A stretch of DNA of 64,000 nucleotides from Blastocatellia bacterium (GTDB taxonomy: Bacteria; Acidobacteriota; Blastocatellia; UBA7656), in NCBI GenBank assembly GCA_963765495.1, contig CAVXWP010000007.1:192001-256000 (forward strand). Reading direction: 5' to 3'. Below are positions 7,815 to 18,426 of this stretch, piece after piece. Both the position numbers and the translations under genes were made by a program. Position 1 is the stretch's first letter; each line of letters begins with the position of its first letter. The notes beneath the pieces are model-generated. The model was not told where the DNA came from, searched no databases, and was given only the letters and a program-made list of their open reading frames with translations.

Positions 7815-10283
7815 CTACTTCTTAAGCACGACTATAGTCGCGCCCGTGCCGCCTTCGTTTGGCGGCGCTTGATTGAAACTTTCGACGTGCGGATGTCCCG
7901 TCAGAAGCTCGGAGATGGCCCGCCGCAATGCCCCTTTGCCGTGGCCGTGCACTATGCGCGCGCGTTCGACCCCGGCGAGAAATGCCTCGTCGAGAAACTT
8001 GTCTACGCGGTCGGTGGCTTCATCCGTATTCGTGCCGATAACGTTTATCTCGGAAGCGAAATCTTCATCCACGTTTACCTGGGCGCTTACGCCACGGGGC
8101 AGGTTTGCGGCGTGTTTTGACGAGAGCGGAGCCGCCCGGCTGATGAGTTGCAATTCATCGCGGCGGGCGCGAAATCTGAGCGAGCCTACAAGTACCGTGT
8201 AGGTTCCGTCACTGACAGATTCGACGGTGCCTTCTCGATTGAGAGATTTGATCTGCACCCGGTCGCGTTCGCGAATCTCGTCCGTTTCGTCTGTAAACAG
8301 AGCAGCACTCTGAACCGATGCGGTGCTCTCGCTCGCCTGTGAAGCGGTGGCCGCAAGACTGGCCTGTGCGCCTACGGCTGTGCTTGTCGTAGGCGCGTTT
8401 TGGGTCTGCTTGCGCAGTCGCACGCTTGCCGAGCGGCGCAATTCGGCGGCCTGCGCCTCGGCCTCTTTCTTGAGCCTGACAGCCGCGGCTCTGTCTTTTA
8501 GCGAAGCGATCAGGTCGTTGCTTTCGCTTGTGAATTCTCGAATTACCTCGGCGAGTTCGGCTTCGAATTCCGCCCTGCGCTTTACCTCGCGCTGCGCGAA
8601 TTCGATGTCGAGCCGCGCATACTTTTCAGCCGTCACCTGTCGCTCTTCTTCAAGCGCCGCGCGCAGCGCCTCCTGTTCTTCGACCGTGTTTTTCAACTTC
8701 TTCAGATAATCGCTCGCCTGCGTGTGCGCCGGATCAAGAAGCTCTTTTGCCTCCTCAAGGACATCTGCCGGTATATTCATGCGGCGGGCGATTTCGAGAC
8801 CGGATGATGCGCCCGCCACACCTACTATCAGACGATAAGTAGGCCGGAGCGTCTTCTCATCAAATTCGACCGACGCGTTCAACACCCCCGAGGTCTCAGA
8901 CGCCCACATCTTCAGCGGATTGTAGTGAGTCGAGGCTATCGTGGTCGCGCCTTTGCGGAGGAAGTGATCGACTATGGCCACGCCGAGGGCCGCGCCTTCG
9001 TCCGGGTCAGTGCCCGTGCCTACTTCGTCTATCAGAATGAGGGCGGGAGGGCGAACGGTAGCGGCCATCTCGGATATGTTTCGCATGTGAGCGGTGAAGG
9101 TAGACAGGTTTGCCGCGATTGACTGCTGATCGCCTATGTCTGCCAGCACCTGATCGAAGACGGGGAGCGCGGCCTGGCGTGCGGGCACGTGAAGACCCAT
9201 CTGAGCCATCAGCGTCACGAGCCCCACGGTCTTTATCGCCACGGTTTTTCCGCCCGCATTTGGCCCACTGATTACCATCGTCTGATACTCGTCATCCATC
9301 TCAAGCGAGATGGGGACGACCTTTCCGCCCGTCTGTTTGAGCATGTGTTCGAGCAGAGGGTGGCGAGCCTCTACAAGCAATATCCGTCTGGACTCGGTCA
9401 TCTCGGGACGCGCGCATTTGAATTCGATTGAGAGCCTCGCTTTTGCCTGCGCGAAGTCGATCTCTGCGATGGCCTGGACTATGCCGAGTATGCCCGCGAG
9501 ATTGGCTCTGAGGGTTTCGGTCAGCGAAAAAAGTATCTGGGCTATCTCGATCTCTTCCTGCTCGCGCAGGCGGACAAGTTCGTTGTTTTGATCTATGGTT
9601 GCAAGCGGCTCGACATAAGTGGTTTGACCGCTTGAGGACATGCCGTGCATCACGCCGGGAACATGGCTTCGCGCATCCGTGCGAACCGGGATGACGAAGC
9701 GCCCGTTGCGGATCGTGACTATCTCTTCCTGAATCGTCGTCGCCCCGCGATCTTGCATGAGCGATTCAAGGCTGCGATATATGCGCGAGCGCCGTTCATT
9801 TATTTCGCGGCGTATGCGGCGGAGCCCGGGGCTTGCGTTGTCGTCAATCTCACCCGTAGGCAGAATCTTGCCCTGCAATGATGCGAGCATTCTTCGCAGA
9901 TCCGCGACTCTATTTGTAATGGCCGCGAGATTCGGGTAACGATTGCGGATTTCATCCGCGCTGAATTGTGCCCGCAAATCGAGACCCGAAGCGATCAGGC
10001 TCTGCATCGCCAGTATCTCTCGCGGGTCAAGGCTCGTGCCCGCGACCTGAAGCTGCGCGAGCGAGTTTGCCGGATCATTAATCTCTCCGAGGCCAAAAGC
10101 GCCGCCCGAAGTCAGGTAGTCGCTTGCCTCGGTCGTGAGGTCAAGCTCGCGATTTATGTGCTCTCGATCCACCGACGGGGTGAGGGCGCGCGCGCGTCTG
10201 CGCCCCAGCGGAGACTGAACGTGACGCGCAAGCAGATTTACCAGCCCGTCCAGTTCGAGCGTTTGAAAAGTACGTTCATCCAT
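7815..10283 (-). CDS. mutS2: Endonuclease MutS2
   Basis: SSSGQTTYVEP, GPNAGGKT Walker A, DIGDQQSI..LSTF, DEVGTGTDP, C-terminal Smr domain (IVHGHGKGALR). Confidence 0.95.
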   Translation of the reverse strand: MDERTFQTLELDGLVNLLARHVQSPLGRRRARALTPSVDREHINRELDLTTEASDYLTSGGAFGLGEINDPANSLAQLQVAGTSLDPREILAMQSLIASGLDLRAQFSADEIRNRYPNLAAITNRVADLRRMLASLQGKILPTGEIDDNASPGLRRIRREINERRSRIYRSLESLMQDRGATTIQEEIVTIRNGRFVIPVRTDARSHVPGVMHGMSSSGQTTYVEPLATIDQNNELVRLREQEEIEIAQILFSLTETLRANLAGILGIVQAIAEIDFAQAKARLSIEFKCARPEMTESRRILLVEARHPLLEHMLKQTGGKVVPISLEMDDEYQTMVISGPNAGGKTVAIKTVGLVTLMAQMGLHVPARQAALPVFDQVLADIGDQQSIAANLSTFTAHMRNISEMAATVRPPALILIDEVGTGTDPDEGAALGVAIVDHFLRKGATTIASTHYNPLKMWASETSGVLNASVEFDEKTLRPTYRLIVGVAGASSGLEIARRMNIPADVLEEAKELLDPAHTQASDYLKKLKNTVEEQEALRAALEEERQVTAEKYARLDIEFAQREVKRRAEFEAELAEVIREFTSESNDLIASLKDRAAAVRLKKEAEAQAAELRRSASVRLRKQTQNAPTTSTAVGAQASLAATASQASESTASVQSAALFTDETDEIRERDRVQIKSLNREGTVESVSDGTYTVLVGSLRFRARRDELQLISRAAPLSSKHAANLPRGVSAQVNVDEDFASEINVIGTNTDEATDRVDKFLDEAFLAGVERARIVHGHGKGALRRAISELLTGHPHVESFNQAPPNEGGTGATIVVLKK

Positions 10284-10353
10284 ACAAGCCCACCGCCCTT
10301 TACGACAAAGAAAAATGTTACGCTCTGATGAGCGGCGAGGTCAACGAGAGGGA

Positions 10354-10455
10354 CGTGGTTCGTGATGCGTGATGTGTGATGTGTGACCCGGAGATTGGCA
10401 ATTGACTGTTAATAGCCTTATGCCTGAAAATCACGCATCACGCATCACGCATCAA
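10354..10455. repeat. Inverted (CGTGATG)n element
   Basis: cgtgatgcgtgatgtgtgatgtgtga ... tcacgcatcacgcatcacgcatca. Confidence 0.85.
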
Positions 10456-10456
10456 T

Positions 10457-10485
10457 TTGTATAGGACGCACAATTTCCATATAAT
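10457..10485 (+). promoter_or_regulatory. Candidate sigma70 promoter
   Basis: TTGTAT-17 nt-TATAAT, 27 nt before ATG 10513. Confidence 0.45.
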
Positions 10486-10512
10486 CCGCTTCACGCACTG
10501 AGCGGAACCGGG

Positions 10513-11667
10513 ATGGGTAAAGCGAGCGCCGAAAATATAAAAGTTCACAGAGTTCGCGCACTACGCGACCGCAAGCGGTTTCTGGATTTTCCTTATAAAC
10601 ACTACCGCGATGACCCGCACTGGGTCGCGCCGCTTCGGATGGCGCAAAAAGACATACTCGACACCGGCCGACATCCGTTTTACAAGACTTCGGATGTCGA
10701 GATGTTTCTGGCTACGCGCGGGGAACGCGTAGTGGGCCGGATAATGGCTATACTCAATCGCGCGCACAACGAATATCACGCCGAGCACGCCGGTTTCTTC
10801 GGATTCTTTGAGGTGGAAGATGATTTCGAAGCCGCTTCCGTGCTGCTCGAAAGGGCGGCCGATTGGCTGCGCTCGCGCGGGGCGGATGTCATGCGCGGCC
10901 CCATGAATCCTTCGACCAATTATGAATGCGGGTTGCTTGTTGATAACTTCGATGAAGCCCCGGCCGTGATGATGACCTATAACCCGCCTTATTACGCTCG
11001 ATTGCTTGAACGTTACGGCATGCGGAAGGCGATGGACATGTACGCCTACTCGATTCATTATGAGACGTTCACGCATTCGGAGAAGCTTGAGCGCGTGGCC
11101 AGGCGAACCAGAGAGAGAACCGGCATCCACGTGCGGACTGTGAACCTTAAGGATTTCAATAACGAGGTCGAGGCCGTGCGGCGCATCTATAACGATGCGT
11201 GGAGCGACAACTGGGGTTTTGTTCCCGTATCTGCCGAAGAGTTCGAACATCTGGCCAAGGACCTCAAACAGATAATCGACCCGCAGGTTGTCTATATCGG
11301 TGAGAAGCGCCAGGAGGGTCACGCAAGCTTACCCGTAGCGTTCTTTCTGGCTGTGCCCGACATCAATCGCGCGCTCAAGAAAATTAATGGCCGGTTGTTT
11401 CCTTTCGGTTTACTGAAACTGCTCTGGCATTCGCGCAAGATAAAAGCGGTTCGGGTAATCACTATGGGTGTCGTAAAGGAGTATCAAAACCTCGGGATCG
11501 CAGCCATCTTTTACGACCAGATATATCGAACCGTCCCCGAGCACGGATACCCCGAAGCCGAAATGAGCTGGGTTCTGGAAAGCAATCTGTTGATGAACCG
11601 GGCGGCTGATCTGATAGGCGGACGCCGCTCAAAGACTTACCGCATCTATGAAATGCCGCTCAATTGA
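10513..11667 (+). CDS. GNAT-fold N-acetyltransferase (YghO-like)
   Basis: DPHWVAPL, GFFGFFE, GPMNPSTN.ECG.L, YNPPYY, WGFVP, EMSWVLESN. Confidence 0.85.
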   Translation: MGKASAENIKVHRVRALRDRKRFLDFPYKHYRDDPHWVAPLRMAQKDILDTGRHPFYKTSDVEMFLATRGERVVGRIMAILNRAHNEYHAEHAGFFGFFEVEDDFEAASVLLERAADWLRSRGADVMRGPMNPSTNYECGLLVDNFDEAPAVMMTYNPPYYARLLERYGMRKAMDMYAYSIHYETFTHSEKLERVARRTRERTGIHVRTVNLKDFNNEVEAVRRIYNDAWSDNWGFVPVSAEEFEHLAKDLKQIIDPQVVYIGEKRQEGHASLPVAFFLAVPDINRALKKINGRLFPFGLLKLLWHSRKIKAVRVITMGVVKEYQNLGIAAIFYDQIYRTVPEHGYPEAEMSWVLESNLLMNRAADLIGGRRSKTYRIYEMPLN

Positions 11668-11729
11668 TTCGAATCGAAGATTGATCAACGACGATCAAGG
11701 GCGTATCTGTTCAGAGAGTAAGAAAAGTT

Positions 11730-11927
11730 TGCCACAGAGACATAAAGACAGAGAGATTATTTACGATATTTTCTCTGTGCCTTTGCAGGGCCATTCAGTT
11801 TTCAAAGTGTAGATAAGGAAGCTGGGAATAGGCCGGGACGGACGCGGATGCGGCGGATTTACGCGGATTAAACCTAATTGGGTCAGATCCGCGTATATCC
11901 GTCCATCCGCGTCCGTCCCGGCCTATT
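11730..11927. repeat. Composite repeat: octamer-type hairpin, CAGGGCCATT-starting segment and long inverted repeat
   Basis: gccacagagacataaagacagagag/ttctctgtgcctttg resembles 26358-26424. cagggccattcagttttcaaagtgtag at 11786 resembles 57601. A perfect 24-bp IR aataggccgggacggacgcggatg spans 11827-11927. Confidence 0.75.
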
Positions 11928-11991
11928 TCAAGCAATCTAACCAGCATGTTGAAAATCATTATGATTTTACGAATTCAAGTGTCAAACCTCA

Positions 11992-14900
11992 TCATCTGAC
12001 AGGTGCGCGCCTTTCGCCATAACCCCACGCGACTCTTACTACCGATGTGCGCGTCACTAAGCCGCGCCATGGCTCTCCTAACCTGAGCGACAGCGGAGCT
12101 ATATCTCCCACTCCATCGAGCACGCCGTTTCCATTTATCGTCAACCGGTCGCAGAACACCGTCCCTTTCAGCAGACTGTTTCCGTTGATTATTACCGTCC
12201 CTGCTGGCGCGATCACTACACCGTTTATCGTGCTTCCTCCGTTTAGTGTAAAGCCACCTGTAGCCACCTTCACTGTCAGCCACAGTGGATTTCCTGTACT
12301 TCCCATCGAGCCATTGAGCGTCACCGCTGTTCCAACTGTGAGTGTGACCGGTCCTACGATTTCCAAATGGCTCTGGCCATTCAAAATCAGGCTCCTCAGA
12401 TTATAGACTGCCGGTTGCGTAGAGCCTGCGATTCCAAACACAAAACCATTATTGCCGTTGGCGATAAAGTTTCGATACGTGCCGGGAGGAACGCTGAACG
12501 TCCCCGCATTCCCGTTGAGGGTCAGGTCGCGAAGCGTGGCGAAGTCACCCACGTTCCCGCCCGGCCCGTTCAATGCAACATCGCGAGTGCCCGTTGCTGC
12601 GGGAGGCGCGGTGACAACGGGCATAGCGATGGGGTCTGTTCGGGTCACAAGTCTGCCGAGTTGAGCATTGCCATTTAGTCTTATCTGGTAGCCGGAGGGC
12701 TGCGCGCTGCCTGTACCCTCGACAGTGGATCCCAGTGTCGGATGGCCGTTTAATCTCACGGTCGGGGTTCCGGGAACGAGCAGGTCTGTGGTGATGACTG
12801 CGCCACCGTTCAATGTGACATTTTCTCCGGTCAAAAGGCGAACCGACCCCTGAACGCGCGAGTTGCCATTGATCTGCGGGGCGTGGCGGACGACCGCACC
12901 TCCAACTGTGGGACTTGCAGAGGGGGTGATCTTCAAGAATGTGGAGTCTACGGTCTGGCTTGCGCCGCTGCTCTCGCCCTGCAAGATGACAAGATAGTCG
13001 CCTGCCTCGACACCTGAACTGCTGAAGGTCATGGAGTTAGTGAAGGATTGACCTCTGTTTAATGAAATTTGATCAGTCAAGGTTTGAGAAACAATGCTGG
13101 TTGACGCATCGACGACAAGGGCTCTCAGGGTAAGAGCGGAAAGGTCGAGATTGCCGACATTTGTGACCTGGTAGCTGAAAGTGGAGTTGTTGCCGCGTTC
13201 GATCTCAGCAGGAATTGCGTCAATGTTGCCTGTGAGGGACTTACCCTGAGAGTCGCTTGAAAGGATGGCAAACGATACCTGCGAGCCGCAGACCACCGAA
13301 GAGCCGAATCTGAGTTCCAGCGTCGTCTGATAGCTGCCCGGCTGGTGAGTTTGGGTGCTGAAGGCAACAGTGGCTTTGAAGCGGCCATTGGGCGACAGAG
13401 CATCGACGGGCAGCGCGGTAGTAAATACATTCTGTTCACTCGGGTCTGTCACAGTCAAAAGCGCATCAAGCCCCGCCAGTGTGAGATCGGGACTGAGATT
13501 GCTCACTCTTACGGTAAGCTGCGCGAGCGAGTTGGAGTTGTAGTTGCGTTTGTCGCTAACGATGGAGCAGGAGGCGGAATTTTGGGAAAGGACATCCGGT
13601 GTAGTGGGATTGCAGTCATCATCGAGACCGTTGCCGGGAATTTCTGCTCGGCCCGGATTGACATCGGGATTAGTGTCGTCGCAGTCAACCGTCTCATCAA
13701 AACCGTCGAGGTCGGCGTCCTGAGGAGAAGGGGGAAGAGGAGTAGTGCTGGGCAAGACATCAACAGTAAAGGATTGAAGCGCGCGTCCTCCGCGTCCGTC
13801 CTGAGCCTCAAGGGTGAAGAACTGTGCGCCGGTCTGAGATGGGTCGGGTGTCCACGATACAAGGCCGCTGAACTGATCAACCGCAGCCCCTGCCGGGGAT
13901 TGCAGCATTGAGAAGATCAACACATCATCGTCAGGGTCTGTTGCCTCGACATCATACTGATAGGACTGCCCGAGCACGATGGATGTCACAGGAGTCGAAA
14001 TGATTAGCGGGGCACTGTTTGTGCCCGCAGGGGCGGTGACCGAAATGATGAATGATTGTTCGGCTGTGCCTCCCCGGCCATCCGACACCTGCACTGTGAC
14101 GGCAAAGTCGCCGAATTGATTATCGGCGGGAGTCCAGTTTATCAGCCCGGTCGCGTTGATCGTCATACCCGAAGGAGCGGCAAGAAGCGAGGGCGAAAGC
14201 GGGTCGTTGTTGGAATCGGTTGACTCCACCTGGTAGCTATAAGCGACTCCTGTGGAGGCTGAGATCACAGGGGCTGATGTGATGATCGGAGGTTGATTTG
14301 CCGCTGCATCGCAAGGCGAAGTGACAAGAGGAGAGGCGGCTTTGTTATTGCCCAATCGTCCCGCGCCTTCGTTGATGCGGAACTGCGGCTCCGCGTATGA
14401 GCCCGCAACTATGAACTCAGAAAGCCCCGCGCCCTGGCTTTTTGTCGAAGTGCTGGTCAGTCTGATCCATGAGATGTCTTGCTGCTCTGAGAACGACACC
14501 GAGCCTTCGCCACTTGCGTCGAGGGTGAAGTTTACGCTAAAGCCATTCGAGAATGTCAGCGTAGCCTCGCCCTGGAACGCTTCGTTGAGTGACGGGGCAA
14601 GGTTGTTTTCGATCTGCACAGACGCGGCATTGACCGGGAATGGGAATCGCACTTCGAAAAACGTTGGACCGGTGGGCACATAGTTCGTTCCTGCGGGCCG
14701 CTCCTGCCAGTGAGTGTTCAGATTGCCGTCGATGCCTAGCCACGCGTTGCGATTAAACCCTGTAACTACATTTGTGAGATACCCGCTCCCCTGTGCCCAG
14801 GTGTTAGGGATATGTTCGAGGTTGTTCGACTGCACTAAGGTCGTATCGGGCGGGTCGTTGACCGTGACAAATATCTGCCCCGCTACCGGCGCATTCCAAT

Positions 14901-17900
14901 CCAGCGTCACGTCCTCGAAATCACCCGGATAGAGCGCTCGGCTCGTTTGCCGGGTTCCGATCAAAGCCCCTCCCGCCGATGGATCGCCTAAAAAATAATT
15001 CACGCGAACGCCCGGGCCCGCGTGGAGACTGCCGCCGTTGCCTATGCGCGCAGTGATGCCTGCGGTGGCCGGGCAACCCTGCGAGTTGATCCTCACGCGC
15101 GAAACCGTCAGATCGCGCGCGGCCAGCGGTTTGACTCCGTCGATAGGCGATTGCGCGAGGTGAGTGTTGAATATCTGCCAGTTTGGCTTCTGCTCGCGCG
15201 GGATGCTCGCGTCTTCGTTGACGTTTGTGATGTAGTAGCGGTTCTGGTTCCATATCCTCCGCGCGTTGAGCCAGTTGTCCTTCGTATCCTTGAGCGCAAT
15301 GAATCCCTTGCGTGGTGGAGACCCCGCCTCCGGACCCTGAAACGTTGGCACTATGATTTCAGCGCTGCCGTCGTTGTCGACATCCGCGATAGCAGGGTAA
15401 CGGCTGGTGACCGCAGGCTCGTTGGCGCGATCAACTCCTATCTCAAAGAGCGTTGACCCGTCACCCCCGTTCAAAACATAGAGCCTGTGCTGATCTAAGA
15501 CGACGGGCTCCGCCGCTCCGTCGCCGTCGAAATCGAAGGCTGATACCTGAAATGCTCGCGAGGCGTTAGAGTCCCCGAGAAGTTCTTTCTGCCATTTCAA
15601 CTGGAGTGTGTTGTCGCTTTGGTATTCATACACATTCAGAAACGGCCTGCGTATCTGGATGCCTGACGGCACCACCTGTACGACTATAGCGATCTCCGGC
15701 CGGCCATCACCATCAAAATCGGCTACGGTTGGCGGGCCGAGCGTGTAGCTGTTTCCCCCGTTCTCGTTGATAAACAGCGGGGATACCGACTTCAAGCGAC
15801 CATCGTGTTCAAAGACGACAATCGAGTGGCCATAGACACCGGACGCGACAAATGCCCCGGGGTTGGTGATCACGCAGATTATCTCCGGGTTCGGGTCATC
15901 GTCCAGGTTGGCGACGGCAGTGTAGCAATCGTCTAGCAGAACGTTCGACTGCACGTTGACCGTGGTCGCGCCGCGATCGAGAGTGCCGACAAGGGTTGTT
16001 TGACCGATGGTGACCCCGGTCGAATACCACACCCATATCAAGTTGCCGTCGCTGTCCCAGGCACTTGGACCGACGACGATCTCCTGCTTGCCGTCACCAT
16101 CGAGGTCAGCCGCGATCTGCGCCGCGTTGCCGATGCTGGGGCCACCTAAATAGTCCCGGCCAGCCGGATCGGTTCTTCTGTTGAACCGTAATGAGCCGTC
16201 TGAGTTGTAGACTGCGGAGCCGAACATTATTTCAGCGTGCCCGTCGCCATCGAGATCGGCAATCGAGATACCGCTCAGGCGCAAGACCGGAGGCGTGGCC
16301 GACCATTTGAGACTACCGTCGTTGTTGAAACAGTAAAGCGTGGTGTTATTTGACGCCACTATCTCAGGCCGTCCGTCACCGTCGATATCGCCAACCGCCG
16401 GGGGATGTGTTGCAGCAATAAGCGAGCGGTTGCCGGAGGTCTGAGCAATAATGGGCGCGCCCGTATCGCCCCGCACGGCGAGCGGCGAATTGGCTCCTTC
16501 GGGCACCGCGACTACCGCAGGCACGTCGCGTTCGTTTATCAAGCCATCATTGTTTGTGTCGATGAGCGGCACTACCATCGGAGTATGCAGAATGCCTTGC
16601 TGAATGGGCGTAGTCCATTCCCACTCTATCTTCGGCTCGAAATCGCCGGGCGCTGGCTGGTACAGGCTTTCAGCGCCACTCGATCCGATGTTGTTGGTCT
16701 CGTCAAGCTCCGGAATCTGAGAAGCGCTATCGACGAAAGCGTAGATCAGGTTGTCGCGGAACGTCACGATGCCCGATACAGGCACGTCGAGTGACGCCGC
16801 GCCGCTCGAAGCGATGTTCCCGTTGAATGCGCGAGCGCCAAGCGCCTTATCCACACCGCTTTGATAAGCTCCGTCGTTATTTTGGTCTTCGAATAAAAGC
16901 ACCTGGAAGCCGCCGTCAAAGAAACTGCCTCCGCGATTTTCGATATTAACGCGGACATTTCCGGTAATGACCAAAGTATCGGTATCGGTGGCGGTCTGTG
17001 ATACGTCTACACCCGCGACTGTAAAATCAATGCCGAGCGCAAGCGCGTTTAACTTGTACTGCTGAAGCGCAGAGCCTCCTCGCCCGTCGCTGATTTTGAC
17101 TATCACGTTGAAGTTGCCGAGTTGATTCGACGCGGGCGTCCATTGAACGAGGCCGGTTGGCGAGATCGTCATGCCGTCTGGCGCTTGAAGCAACTCGAAC
17201 GAAATCGGATCGCCGTCAGGGTCTGTAGCAAGCGCCTGATAGCTGTAGGTCTGCTGCTCGCTCGCCGAGACGACGGGTTGCGATGTGATGACCGGGGCGC
17301 GGTTATGGCTTGCAGGGTCGCGCGGGTCGCTGCCGTTGGCGAGTTCGTCCATGTCTTCGACGCCGTCGCCATCGGTGTCACGGTTATTGGGATCGGTGCC
17401 GCTTCGAAATTCCGCGAGGTTGGCCAGACCGTCGCCGTCATTGTCGAGAGTTGCATCCGAAGGATCGTTCGGGTTCAGACCGTTAGCTATCTCGAAATCA
17501 TCCGGCATACCGTCGGCATCTGTGTCGCGAGGGAAGGCGATGGCACGAAGCGCGAGCGCTGTTGAATAAGCGTCATCTACCCAACTCCCGTTTGCGAGTT
17601 GTGAATTGAGAAGGAAGTTGGTTGCGGCGGCATCGGCGGGCGTAAGCGGCTGACCCGATCCGAGAATGGCTAACAAGGTTGAGGCGGTTTCGAAGGCGGT
17701 GCTCGAAGGAGCGCCATATCCGCCATCTGCGTTTTGGCGTCCGCGCAAGTAACCGATGGTGCGGGCCTGATTGTTGGAGACAAAGAACTGGAGCCGCCAG
17801 CCGTTGAGCGCCTCAAGAGCGATTGCGGAATAGAAGACCTGGCTATCCTCACCTTTTATAAGCGCCCATCCGCCGTCTGCGTTTTGAGAGCGAGTGAGAA

Positions 17901-18405
17901 AGTTGAGCGCCTTGATGATTATCGTGTTGTCGGAGACGTTTGCGGCCTTGAGCGCCATCAGCACATAAGCCGTATCGAGCGCATCGCTTTCGTAATCCTC
18001 AGCGGTGCCCCATCCGCCGTCTGCGTTTTGAGAGGCAATCAGGACCGTGAGATCGGCTGACGTATCGCTCGTAGTACCCGTGAGCGCCGTGATTCGTTGA
18101 GCGTGAAACGGAGTGACTTCGACTGCTTGTGAAGCGAGAAATTGAATCGCGCTGGTCTGATTAGCCGAGGTCGTTGCCTCAAGCGCGCGCAGCGTCTCGA
18201 GCGCGGCAGCGGTAGTCGGCAGGCCATCGTTTAACGAGATAGCCGTGCCGCCCCAACTGCCGTCGGAGTTTTGGGTAACCCTGAGATAACTCAAGCCGCT
18301 GGATGTTGGTAATGACCGGCTGAAAATCTCATGCCCAGCGAGCAGAATCGAGATACTCACGAGTACGGCGATAGAAACAAGTGTAATTCTGCCATTTGAG
18401 TACAT
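11992..18405 (-). CDS. Large secreted multidomain protein: prenyltransferase/squalene-oxidase repeats, Ca-binding (TSP3-like) repeats, Ig/cadherin-like, CARDB, FG-GAP propeller, discoidin-like, C-terminal beta-helix
   Basis: N-terminal hydrophobic segment; repeated QNxDGGW motifs; DxDGDGxxD repeats; three P.I.S.P...Y.Y...D.D.D Ig modules; DLDGDGxxEI blades; DCDD..P..NPG..EIPGNGLDDDC; xLNG coils at the C-terminus. Confidence 0.85.
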   Translation of the reverse strand: MYSNGRITLVSIAVLVSISILLAGHEIFSRSLPTSSGLSYLRVTQNSDGSWGGTAISLNDGLPTTAAALETLRALEATTSANQTSAIQFLASQAVEVTPFHAQRITALTGTTSDTSADLTVLIASQNADGGWGTAEDYESDALDTAYVLMALKAANVSDNTIIIKALNFLTRSQNADGGWALIKGEDSQVFYSAIALEALNGWRLQFFVSNNQARTIGYLRGRQNADGGYGAPSSTAFETASTLLAILGSGQPLTPADAAATNFLLNSQLANGSWVDDAYSTALALRAIAFPRDTDADGMPDDFEIANGLNPNDPSDATLDNDGDGLANLAEFRSGTDPNNRDTDGDGVEDMDELANGSDPRDPASHNRAPVITSQPVVSASEQQTYSYQALATDPDGDPISFELLQAPDGMTISPTGLVQWTPASNQLGNFNVIVKISDGRGGSALQQYKLNALALGIDFTVAGVDVSQTATDTDTLVITGNVRVNIENRGGSFFDGGFQVLLFEDQNNDGAYQSGVDKALGARAFNGNIASSGAASLDVPVSGIVTFRDNLIYAFVDSASQIPELDETNNIGSSGAESLYQPAPGDFEPKIEWEWTTPIQQGILHTPMVVPLIDTNNDGLINERDVPAVVAVPEGANSPLAVRGDTGAPIIAQTSGNRSLIAATHPPAVGDIDGDGRPEIVASNNTTLYCFNNDGSLKWSATPPVLRLSGISIADLDGDGHAEIMFGSAVYNSDGSLRFNRRTDPAGRDYLGGPSIGNAAQIAADLDGDGKQEIVVGPSAWDSDGNLIWVWYSTGVTIGQTTLVGTLDRGATTVNVQSNVLLDDCYTAVANLDDDPNPEIICVITNPGAFVASGVYGHSIVVFEHDGRLKSVSPLFINENGGNSYTLGPPTVADFDGDGRPEIAIVVQVVPSGIQIRRPFLNVYEYQSDNTLQLKWQKELLGDSNASRAFQVSAFDFDGDGAAEPVVLDQHRLYVLNGGDGSTLFEIGVDRANEPAVTSRYPAIADVDNDGSAEIIVPTFQGPEAGSPPRKGFIALKDTKDNWLNARRIWNQNRYYITNVNEDASIPREQKPNWQIFNTHLAQSPIDGVKPLAARDLTVSRVRINSQGCPATAGITARIGNGGSLHAGPGVRVNYFLGDPSAGGALIGTRQTSRALYPGDFEDVTLDWNAPVAGQIFVTVNDPPDTTLVQSNNLEHIPNTWAQGSGYLTNVVTGFNRNAWLGIDGNLNTHWQERPAGTNYVPTGPTFFEVRFPFPVNAASVQIENNLAPSLNEAFQGEATLTFSNGFSVNFTLDASGEGSVSFSEQQDISWIRLTSTSTKSQGAGLSEFIVAGSYAEPQFRINEGAGRLGNNKAASPLVTSPCDAAANQPPIITSAPVISASTGVAYSYQVESTDSNNDPLSPSLLAAPSGMTINATGLINWTPADNQFGDFAVTVQVSDGRGGTAEQSFIISVTAPAGTNSAPLIISTPVTSIVLGQSYQYDVEATDPDDDVLIFSMLQSPAGAAVDQFSGLVSWTPDPSQTGAQFFTLEAQDGRGGRALQSFTVDVLPSTTPLPPSPQDADLDGFDETVDCDDTNPDVNPGRAEIPGNGLDDDCNPTTPDVLSQNSASCSIVSDKRNYNSNSLAQLTVRVSNLSPDLTLAGLDALLTVTDPSEQNVFTTALPVDALSPNGRFKATVAFSTQTHQPGSYQTTLELRFGSSVVCGSQVSFAILSSDSQGKSLTGNIDAIPAEIERGNNSTFSYQVTNVGNLDLSALTLRALVVDASTSIVSQTLTDQISLNRGQSFTNSMTFSSSGVEAGDYLVILQGESSGASQTVDSTFLKITPSASPTVGGAVVRHAPQINGNSRVQGSVRLLTGENVTLNGGAVITTDLLVPGTPTVRLNGHPTLGSTVEGTGSAQPSGYQIRLNGNAQLGRLVTRTDPIAMPVVTAPPAATGTRDVALNGPGGNVGDFATLRDLTLNGNAGTFSVPPGTYRNFIANGNNGFVFGIAGSTQPAVYNLRSLILNGQSHLEIVGPVTLTVGTAVTLNGSMGSTGNPLWLTVKVATGGFTLNGGSTINGVVIAPAGTVIINGNSLLKGTVFCDRLTINGNGVLDGVGDIAPLSLRLGEPWRGLVTRTSVVRVAWGYGERRAPVR

Positions 18406-18426
18406 ATTGCATCGTGCCTCCGGTTG

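Noticed and set aside
17500-18300. Squalene-hopene cyclase
   Set aside because: Only one QW-repeat barrel is present, without a DxDD motif, and it is fused to extracellular adhesin modules.
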